Of a stretch of 64,000 nucleotides of DNA, positions 1-10,771 are shown one piece after another. This DNA is from Dimorphilus gyrociliatus (Eukaryota; Animalia; Annelida): assembly GCA_904063045.1 (NCBI GenBank), contig CAJFCJ010000007.1, positions 62,001 to 126,000 of the forward strand, in the 5' to 3' direction. Position 1 is the stretch's first letter. The number at the start of each line of letters is the position of its first letter. A program made the translations under genes and the position numbers. The notes below the pieces were generated by a model, which saw only the letters and a list, made by a program, of their open reading frames with translations, ran no database searches and had not been told where the DNA came from.

Positions 1-383
1 TCACATGATACAACATAATAAAGCATATAAGATATTAATATAGATAATAAATTAGTTTGGAAAGAGATACTATCATGTGTAATTATTTGTTTATGATACA
101 AATTTACTGATTACATTATTTTAATAGATTAATAGTTATTTTAAGGCGTTTAACATGCTGATTAAGTTAATGTTTTGATTTAAATTTAGAGTATATTGTA
201 GCCTATTTCTCTTTCTTTTAAAAGATATTGTGTGCGTCAAATAACTTTTAATTGAATAAAGGTTATAATTGAAAGACGTTCAAGAACAGATGATTCACAA
301 GTTTGTATTGGAAAGTGAATTATCGAGACAACATCCGTTAGTTTTTCTGCTATAAAAAATATAATAGTCATAGGCAGGAAGAG

Positions 384-2025
384 TTATTGGTCATATATAT
401 CAAGAATTCTTTTAGCTATTCTTAATCCAGAGATCAGAGCTCCTTCAACCCATCCCCTTATTTCGGAAGTGTGCTCACCTCCAAACCATAAATTACCATT
501 CATTGATAGAATTTGTTTTTGAATTACTTCTTGTCCAGGTTTAAATAAACCAAATGCTGATTTTTGATAAATTTCATTTTCCCAGACGTGTATTATGTAC
601 TTGGTACAATATTTTGTAAAGGAATTTCCATGAATTTCTCTTAATTCCCTAAAGGATTTAACGATAAATTCTTTTTTATGAAAATTATCGTGATAGTAGA
701 GCATTTTTACATAGAATTCAGTAGACAAACTATCCGAAGGATATACGACAAAAGTATGATTTTCTAAACGACTCAGACCACCAGTTATACCAATATCATG
801 CCATATAGGATACCTACATTTAATAGCTATTCTTGCCTCTTTAACATACGATAAAGATCTTATTGGCTCGACTTGCTTTGAAAACTGTCTGTCGAAGTTA
901 ATATATTTCGAAGCTGTTCCCGAAACAGTAACTATGACATGATCAGCTAGATATTCTATTCTTTGACAGCATATTGCGCTTTTAGACTGATTAGTAGTTA
1001 TTAAGAATTTGTTAAAAAACTTTCTAATTCCCAGAACATTAGACTCTAATTGAATTTCTTCAATAAGTTCTCTAGAGAGATATTTTACTAATTTATCATT
1101 ACCACCAATAATTTGATAGTATTTCATAGTTTTTCGCCGAAGTGCATAAGTTCTTAGATACTGAATTATGCTTCTATCTTCAAATGTGTTTAACCATATA
1201 AATTTTTTTAGATATTCAAAAGTTTCCCGATTAATTTTTCTTAAGAATATATCTTTTGTTGAATATCTATCATATATTTTAACAAATTTCCTCCAACCAA
1301 TCCTATTAATTTCGTTTAATAAAGGCTTTAAAATAAGTTTAACAATCTCTGCACTCTTCAAGAACTTATTTGAATATTCATTTCCGTGTTGGAGTATAGT
1401 GTCCAATTTTATAACTCTCTTATCAATATAAAAATAATTGTTATGATTATCTTGTCTTAACAGTCTTTTAGGTAGTTTTGTATGGTTTATTAGAATATTA
1501 ATTAATTTATGAGAAGTTGGAAATTGCCATGCTCCAAATTCAAAAGTACTATTCCAATATTTCTTCGAATAGATTCGACCACCAATTCTGTTTGATGCCT
1601 CCAGAATTTTCACCTTTAAATAGAAAGAAAATAATTACCTTGTCATCCAATTTAAGTAATTTTTTTCATAAATATTAATTATTATACCTTACAACCGTTC
1701 TTTTTTAGAGTCAGGGCGCTTATCAAGCCAGATATTCCTGCACCAACGATAATAATTTTTTTCCGGCAAACGTCATTAGATTGTTTATCCTTTAAAGTAC
1801 TCTTAAGAATTTCTTGCAACTCGCTATAGTGTTCATCTTCTTCAAGTTCAGTCATAACTGATTGGTATAAAATATCTTGAGCATTGAAATATTTTTCTTG
1901 ATTGAACGTTTTAACTGAAGTAAGAAAGCATTGAATAAAGATAAAGGATGGTATACTTTAGAATGTTATCTACCTTTGTAATAAATTAAACTACAAAGAA
2001 ATACAAGTAATTTAAACAATTCCAT
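384..2025 (-). CDS. Secreted flavin-containing amine oxidase / L-amino-acid oxidase-like protein (~502 aa, 3 exons)
   Basis: Exons 2025-1974, 1914-1688 and 1613-384 join through GT-AG introns into an open 503-codon frame. The N-terminus is signal-peptide-like (MELFKLLVFLCSLIYY). It has the Rossmann motif IIIVGAGISGL, the GG motif ILEASNRIGGR, and the C-terminal FAD motif FGGEHTS..GWVEGALISG. Confidence 0.9.
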
Positions 2026-2377
2026 TGAAAATAAAATATACAAGTTTGTTTGTAAACTGTTTTAAAGAATCTTTTCTTTAACTGATGATTTCCTACTACA
2101 GTATTTTCTTATGTATTAAAATAAAGTGTTTAAAGCGTGTCAATCAATTGTATACAATAAATTGATTATTATAATGGTTCTTTTTTTAAACATAATTAAT
2201 TAACCAAAGAGAGAGAGATATATATATATATATACACATTAAGATAATTGGATATATTATAAATTTCCATAACAGCTAATTATAATAATTTTAAAATTTA
2301 AAATTATTATATTTTTAACAATAGATTAATAAAAACAAGATTTTTATCTAATAGACTAAGACCAATATAAGATTATC
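2026..2377. promoter_or_regulatory. Putative bidirectional promoter between the oxidase and BTB genes
   Basis: Head-to-head start codons are only 352 bp apart, with short (GA)n/(TA)n tracts in between. This is inferred from gene layout. Confidence 0.45.
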
Positions 2378-4291
2378 ATGCAAAGATCAAAAATATGGGA
2401 TATATTGAATAGACAACGTCTGGATAATGATAAAAATTGTGATATAATCATTAAAGTGAATAAGAGATTGTTTCCAGCTCATAAATGTATTGTAACATCA
2501 TTTATACCATTTTTAGAAGTTATGTGTAAATATCAATCAAAGGAATCAAATAAAAGTATAATTTTTATTGATGAAATAAGTGAACAGGCTATGGAAGTTA
2601 TAATGGATTTTATGTATACTGGTAAATAAATAATAACTATCAAAAATCCATTTTTCCCATACTATAAACTTACTTTCGTATTTTAGGCAATTTACATCTA
2701 TCACCTGATAATTATGAGGAAATACTAGCTGCAACTGATTTTATGCTTATTGAAGAAGCTAAAATGAAATGCAAGGGTTTCTTAATGAAAATATTAAAAA
2801 GTAACGAATACAATAGTAAAAGGTTAGTTAAAATATATGCATGATGATAAAACTTGCTGAAATATGAACTTCTAATCTACTTAGGCAATCGACAATCTCA
2901 AGAATTTTAACTATAAAAAAATATGCTGATCTTTATTTATTAGACGATTTATCTATTGAAACTATGAATATTTTAAAGTTAAAATTTAATGATGTAATCG
3001 AAGAAAATCAATGGAATGATATATCGAAAGAGGCAATTCTATCGATAATTAAAAGTGAAAACATCAAAGTTGACGAAAGTCTTATATGGTTCCTTTTAAA
3101 GTCTTGGATCGAATTTGATGTGATTAATAGAATAAAAGTGATTGATGAACTTTTGCCGTATGTTAAATTCTCTCTTATGAGTGCAGAATTTCTCTATGAT
3201 AACGTATTTTCCTCAAATTTGTGGGCAGAAAGTAACATATCGGATAATTTGGAAAAAGAAGCCTTACAGTAGAGATTAAATATTAAATATTATGTAATCA
3301 TTTTATATTTCCTATTTAAATACATAGATATCAACTTTTGACAAGTAGACAAGGAAAACTTCAAACCATTAGAAGCAAACCTCGCTGCACTAAAAATGAT
3401 AAATTATGCTATTTATTAACTAAAAGCGATCAATTTTTTATCTTCTGTCCAGAACATAATAAATGGTTTGCTCTAGAATCTCCTAAAGTATGTGAAAAAG
3501 ACATGCAACTCACAGTAGTAGCCGGCCTAGTTTATCTAAGTGTTGTGGGAAATGACGGTTGTTTAATGAAAATTAAAAAATACGACCTTTATTCCAACCA
3601 ATGGTGTGATATGACCAACTTAGCTACTGGAACAATAAGAAACCTATTAGAGTGTGCCGGAGAACTTATCGGTATTTCTTTAACTGGAATTTTTCTATTT
3701 GAGAAAGATAGGTGGGATCATATTTTAACCTGTGACCTTTCCTACATCGATTTTGCTGTTTCTCATCAAAATCATTTGTACTTTTACAATTTATCAGACG
3801 GATCAGTTAGAAAAATTAATATTTATCATCCGTTTGAAGAGGTTTATGTGTCTAACTCTCTACCCTTCTTGAGAAATTTACGTACAAAGTGTACTACCAT
3901 TGCTAAACTTTCATCAGATAGTTTTCTTATAGGTTTCCAGTCAACAATAAGAGAGAATTTTCGTTATTTTTTGCATAAAATAGGAAGTGATAAATGGAGC
4001 GAAGTAACTTTGGGAATGGAAAGGATAATGTTTGGAAATTCTACTGAAAACAACCGTCCAAAATATATTGATTTTTCTTCAAAGCTTAAAATGGTGTGCG
4101 ATAAAGATAAAGAAATAATCTATATATTATATTCAGCAAATAATATAACCACTTTTCATTCTTTATTTAACCTAAAATATTGGAATAATCTATCAAAACC
4201 ACCAGAAATTGATAGCATGGATCGGATTGCAATGTCATTTCATGATCACTTACAGGGAGATGCAATAATTTTAAACTATCCTACATCATAG
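2378..4291 (+). CDS. BTB-BACK domain protein with divergent C-terminal kelch-like beta-propeller (~575 aa, 4 exons)
   Basis: Exons 2378-2621, 2687-2822, 2885-3268 and 3328-4291 join in frame. BTB motifs are CDIIIKVNKRLFPAHKCIV and MEVIMDFMYTG. The BACK region reads IKVDESLIWFLLKSWIEFD...LLPYVKFSLMS. The C-terminus is beta-rich with kelch-like YDLYSNQW. Confidence 0.85.
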
Positions 4292-4429
4292 GCATATTAT
4301 TAACAATATTTATATTTATTAATATAATTTGACGTAAATGATTCTAAACTCTCTTTTTAAAATATTAAGCTAGGAAGTCTGAATTCAAAATATGCAAAAT
4401 AAGTAATTTATGCGATCTCGACATTCTTT

Positions 4430-6848
4430 TTAAGGGAATATATTTAAGAGTGTTCCAGGTGTTGAATAATTGAGTATAGTCATATTATAGTCAATTGTTG
4501 TGTTGATTTTAGAGTATACGTCAAAGTTGAATCCATCAGTAAAGTATTGAATAACGATTCCAGCAATGAAGACAGAGAGCGAAAATATAATGAAGATAAC
4601 TTTTGGGTATATACGTTTTCTCTTTTCAACTACATTACTTTGAATTTCATCGTTGTAAGATTTGTTAGAATAATGAGCAAGGAGAGCTGATAGCATGAAA
4701 GAATAATATAAAATTAAGGCTACTATTATAACGAAAGGCTTATCTACATTCTTTTTCTCTATCATCCTCTGTTCTCTTTGCGGCTAGTTCAACTTGACGT
4801 GGCCAATTGGTGAATATTACAAGGAGAAAATTAGTTATTCCACAAAATGTTAATCCTCCAGCTAAACCACTCCATAAACCTAGTTTTCATTAAAAAACCA
4901 ATAGTGTTTTCTTCAATTTTATTTTACGATCTGATATTTACCCAAAAGTTTTAACTTTGTTTTGAAAAGAAGAGAAATTCCGACTGCCAATGCTCCCATA
5001 TATCCAATAATTATTACAAACGCACCTGTTGATTGTCTTCCACAACCTCTTAACATACCACAACTAACCGCCTAAGAAATTAATAAGTTATAAATGCAAA
5101 AACGTTGTTTAATATGAATGTTTACATTTAACCCGTCAAAGAATAAGTAAGCCGCTAAAGCAGGCATAACTGTAGCTGACATTAAAATTACATCTCTGAA
5201 ATTTTGTTTTATATATGGTTATTAACTATATTAATATAACTTTAACAGTTCTTACTCAACATCTGTAAATATTTTTGGTAGACCATATCTTCCAATACTG
5301 AATATTAAAATAAGAATGAGAGAAAAGGTTGCTAAGGGTAATAGATAAACAATATTAATGATCTGTACTCTCTGTAAAAAGAACCAAATATGCCTTACTC
5401 ATTATTGTATATGTTACATGAGCTGACGTTCTTGCAGCGTCTTTATCACCGCTACCCAAAAATTGTCCTATTCTAATTGTTGCTGCTATTTCAAGTCCAT
5501 AGGGTAATATGTATGCTACTGTTTCTAACTGAAAGAGTACACTTTGAGCGCCTAATTCTGTTTTTCCTATGACGCCGGCAAGAAAGACACCAATTTCAAA
5601 ACTCCACCATTCAACACAGATCATTATCATTCCGGGAATTGCTAATTTAACAAATACAGACCACTCAAAGAGACATTCTTTTTGGAAGCCATCCCATGTA
5701 GGCTCGTAAAATTTACTAAATATTATATAAAGTAGTGTTAGTAAACACATAACAATAAAACAGCAGCTCTGAGCGACAGCTGATCCCCTGAAAAAGATTA
5801 TCGAAGGTCAAACTTTCATTATCTTTATTAAAGTTCAACAAACTTTATCGAAAAATCCCAGTAAATTACAAGTAGACCATGTAGACCAGCATTCACTCCA
5901 TTTGATATAAATCCAATAATTACTACTGGTAGTACTTTGTCCTGAAAAAATAAAACAAATACTTATAAAAGTTCAATAAATAACCTATATAGTGCACCTG
6001 AGTCATAAGATATCTTGAAAGGCAAATGTTAATAAAGTAAGCCTGTTTTAAATATATAAATTAGATAAAAAATACTTAAAATAAAGTAAACTACTGACGA
6101 AAATTCCTGGTAGAAGGATAATAACGTAAATTCCTGTTAGACTGTAAAAGATTGATAAATTATTATTAAATTTATTATAAAAAGACATCTTTTGCGAAGT
6201 TTCGTACTGAGATATTTCGGGATCTTGACCAATTGCTCTTAAAATGGCACCAGTGTTCACATGGATTGTCATACAGATGAATGCTGCACAACTCATAATA
6301 ACAAGACTCCTTTGCAACACAACACCTACAAACTTCTTGTTCTTACTGCCATAAATCTAATTGAATGGTAGTTAAGGGGCATTAAACTTTATCGTTTACT
6401 AATTGTTTACAACCTGAGAAAAGAGAGTTTCACAAGCCGCTCCAAGCCCCGTAGCTAATGAAAATCCAGTGACATTCACTACCTTTAAGCAGATATATTT
6501 GAACACAAGAAAGAATTATAAAATGTTAAAAACTCTCAGAGTATCTATACCGAAACAGCTAGTGAAACAGCATCCAATTCAATTTTTCCTAACCTTCCAC
6601 AAAATATAACTGCTATTGGACCAACTAACATTTGAGATAATTGAACAAAAATCTGAAAGCAAAATGAATAGCTTTCTTCTTAAATCGGAGATTCGGTGCT
6701 ATCTAAGGCTATTTTAAACATAATCATATAAATATTATATAATTAAACATACTATTCTCCATGCTAAAGAATTTATTCCCTTAAATTCTTTCCAATATCC
6801 ATTTGGAAAAGCTTTCCTGAATATATTGGTAGTTGCTGAGGCAGTCAT
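4430..6848 (-). CDS. MATE-family (SLC47A-like) multidrug/toxin extrusion transporter, copy A (13 exons)
   Basis: Spliced by hand with all phases compatible. Motifs include GLGAACETLFSQ, LQRSLVI, LAIPGMIMICVEWWSFEIG, ELGAQSVLFQ, RIGQFLGSG, LRGCGRQ and GLWSGL, plus the extra C-terminal TM helix typical of animal MATEs. Confidence 0.92.
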
Positions 6849-7427
6849 ATTACGCTTATGTTTATTAGGCTTAACTGACCAAAGTTCGTACACTACGCAA
6901 TGATGTTGAAACTTTATCAGGCCTCTTTTGTAAATAAGCCCTACCAAACATCGAAAGGGTTACACTAAACAATTTGATAAAGAAAATCCATTGTATATAT
7001 TAATTGAAACCTGTTCAATTAATCTTTAATTACTTGTAGGTGAAAGAGTATTTTTTATACATATAACATAAGAAAGAAAGATATGATTCCTTTTGAGTGA
7101 AGATAGTAAAAGATATACAACTAAAAAACAACATATTCAACACTATCGATGAATTCTATAGAGAAAAAGAAGAGTATTTTATTCGATAACATGCTATTTA
7201 TGAGCATAAAAGAACAATGCAATAGATTTCTTCAATAACCTTGATATTGTAACAAAAAAATGTTTGTATGTAGAATAAGGCTGTAGTTATTAACTACAAA
7301 AGATAAGATAACAGGATAATAATAAATTCAGTATCAGTCGCAAGATTATAAAAGATGTGTAGTATTTATTATTGATGAAAAACATAGTTTTTCAATTATC
7401 AATTAATAAATATAAATAAGAGTATTT

Positions 7428-7430
<3 letters not shown>

Positions 7431-7461
<31 letters not shown>
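7431..7461. repeat. (TA)n microsatellite
   Basis: About 15 TA units, read directly. Confidence 0.95.
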
Positions 7462-7464
<3 letters not shown>

Positions 7465-7719
7465 TTATATGTATTTATTATCGCGTTTTAATCAAAAAAC
7501 TCATGTTTACAATGAAATAAGATAATGTTTTAGAAAGAAAATGGATACTTCGAAGCAAAAGTAATTAATTAACTAAGTTCTCGCAATAGTTAATAATTTG
7601 AAAGAGAGATGCCACTTTATTAATGATACATTTTTAATATAATTAAAGTATGTTATGTAAAAATTGAAAATAGCATAAATATACAAATATATTATGATAT
7701 ACAGAAGAAATAAGTAATG

Positions 7720-10112
7720 TTAATAGGTTAATAGATATGTTAAGTTTGTTGTATTTTTATTAAAATTAAAATAATGGGTACGAAATATTGGATTCGTTTC
7801 AAAAACGAGTCTAAGAATAGTCGCTACAATGAATATACATACAATAATTATAATTGTAAATAATTTTTTAAATATTGTTAGTTTTGAAACTGAAACATTT
7901 GAATTTATATCTTCATCTTCTAACGATCTTTCTTCTGAATAAGGCTGCGGCTTATTTTCTTCATCTAGTAAAGCTGTTTTATAACAATAAATATCTAGCT
8001 TATATTCAGAATAGTATTTGTTTTATTGAAAATATTTACCTTTCCCTTCTGGATTTGTTTCTGTTCGTATTGAAGCGAGATAAGTTTCATTTATCCAGTT
8101 TGTTCTTGCAACAATTATAAAATTTACAATAGCACAAATACCAAGACCAACTGATAAACCAATCCAAAACCCTTGGGCTCTTAAAGATGTTTTAAACATA
8201 AGGGATATACCAATAGTTAAACCAACGCAATAGCCGGAAAAAATAGAAATTGCACCAATTTTCTGCCTTCCACAGCCCCTAAGTACTGCAGAGCTCATTG
8301 ACTATTAGGAAAAACAGTTTAAATATTAAAACATATTTAGATTTTGCGAAATATCTTACATTAAATCCATCGAAAACAACATATGCTGACATTATTGGTA
8401 GTAGTACTCCAACGATGTTGATAACTTGACTGTAATATTTTAATAAGAATAATGTGAACTGCTTCAAATTCGTTCATTTAGTACCTTATTGATGTAAATA
8501 TTTGAGGCAAAAGATGCTTTCCAAAGTTAAATATTAATATATTAGTTAAACCAATAGTACCTTATAACAAATCAATTATTAGTATATATATATATATATA
8601 TACAGTATATTAATCTTTTCTTTTATTAACTACCTGCTATTGTAAAAGCAACATTTGTAGAAGTTTTAGCTCCGTCTGAGGAACCGTTGCCTAGAAATTG
8701 TCCAGTTCTTATTCCTGTAGCTATTCCAAATCCTAGAGGAATGCGATAAATAAATAAATCAATTTGGAAAGCTACACTCTGGGCTGCTAAGTCAGTTTTT
8801 CCAAGTAAGCCAGCAAGAAATATACCAAGTTCAAAACTCCACCATTCAATACACAACATAATCATGCCCGATATAGCTAATTTGAGAAATATTGACCATC
8901 CTATAAAACACTCTAACGAAAACCCAGACCAAGTGCTCTTGTACAATTTACTTAACCTTATACATAAAAGTGTTGTGATAAGCATTAAGCAATAGCTACA
9001 GCTGAGAGAAATAGCTGAACCCCTGTTAGGAGAGATGTAACAAAATGTTTATAGCTTTATTAAACATATAGACCTATTACCTTATAGACATTTGAAGTTT
9101 GGTGACCAAGAGAAAATGTGATCCAATATTAAAGGCATTACAAATTAGACCTATAATCATAATTATTATGACTTTATTCTGTAGAAATTAAGGACTTGAT
9201 TATTATTTCAAAGTATGCCAATTAACTTTAAACAAACTTGAGATGAGAGATACTTGTATAGGCAAATATATATTGAATAAAACTAAAAGTGAATAGACAA
9301 AATGTCTTAATATCATGTTAATTAATAATATTAACAGTAAGGAATACTAACAAATAAGCCAGGAAGAAAGAAGGTCAAATAATCCCCGCTTACTCTGTTA
9401 AGAGTGCAAATATTAAACAATTTAAATTAATATTTTATACAAAATAAACAAACATACTGAGCTACTGAAGGATCTTGTCCTAGTAGAAGTAAGATTGCTT
9501 CACCATTAACAAGAAAACTCATAATAAGAAAAGCAGTCATACCAAATATGATAAGATTTCTTTGTAAAACTACACCCATTAATTTTTTGTTACTACTTCC
9601 ATAAATCTAATGAAAAAAAGGAAAACAATTGAAATGTGATAATATCGAAGTAATATATATATTCAATTTTGTAACCTGTGAGAATAAGGTATCACAGGCC
9701 GAGCTTAAACCAGTATATACTGACATTCCAAAAACATTGATAATCTGTTGAAAATAAAAGAAAACAAGCATATCATTAAAATTAGCAAAACTATGAAGTA
9801 TTTAAAAAGAATAAAATAAATCTACTTACTGAATTGGCTAATGCAACTCCATCTAATTCATTTTTTCCCAAATGTCCGCAAAATATTACTGCAACTATAC
9901 TATAGAGTATATTTAAAATTTCTGTTACAATCTATTGACAAATATCATTAACTTAATGCATAAATTAATAATGATGTTAAAAGAATGTTATAATAAAAAG
10001 AAAGAAACGAAAATAAACTTACAATAGGCCAAGAGAGTAACAAAATTTCTTTGAACTCTTTGAAATAACCATTGGGAAAGAGAAAAGATTGTTTTCTATT
10101 CAATTCACTCAT
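7720..10112 (-). CDS. MATE-family (SLC47A-like) transporter, tandem copy B (12 exons)
   Basis: It shares motifs (GLSSACDTLFSQ, CIEWWSFELG, DLAAQSVAFQ, RTGQFLGNG, LRGCGRQ, GFWIGL) and intron positions with copy A. The frame is open to TAA at 7720-7722. Confidence 0.92.
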
Positions 10113-10771
10113 TTTTGAATAAATTGGTAGATTATATGTGGTCCGTGATAAAAGGCAGAATGGTTTCACAATAATCTATAAACAAAAAGTTGACACCACG
10201 CCACCATAACATATTGTATTTTCCTTTGAAACTCTTATCATCTTAACAGTCCTAATTCATTGTGGTTGATTCTTTTTCTATTTAGCATCTGTATTGTGTT
10301 TTGAGCACGAGGCTATTTATAACACTTGTATCAGTTAAATGTTGTGTTGTATTCTATTCTTAAATATTGTAAGATATAAAATGTAGAAAACCTAGCGTTT
10401 TCTTTCAGTCAATATTTGAATATTAGACCCAATAAAAAATCATAATTTAACTATGATTATACTTCTCAGTGGGAGGAAAGTAGTAATAATTTGTATTGAA
10501 ATCCTAAAACCGACTAATAGATATGAATTATTTGTTGTTTTAGTATAATTACAATCTATAGTTTGTTTGGTTTGTTTATTAAAACGAAAAGCTCTTATTT
10601 ATAAAAGAAAGGGTTAATTATACATTGCTTATAAATATATATACATACATATATATATATACCATATATATATAAATATATAAATAAATCCCGATTCTGA
10701 TTGGCTATACGGTTTTTCATAAAGTATCACCCATTAGTGATAAAAATCCAGTTGAGAACGAAAGATTGAAT
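10113..10771. promoter_or_regulatory. Divergent intergenic region (MATE-B / iGluR), putative shared promoter region
   Basis: Head-to-head start codons are about 660 bp apart. This is inferred from layout. Confidence 0.35.

Noticed and set aside
1168-1431. 87-aa plus-strand ORF
   Set aside because: It is an antisense shadow of the oxidase exon.
4687-4765. Hydrophobic N-terminus of track ORF 4430..4765, which looks like a separate small membrane protein
   Set aside because: 4687-4747 is a 61-nt phase-1 GT-AG intron of MATE-A, and the rest is its last exon.
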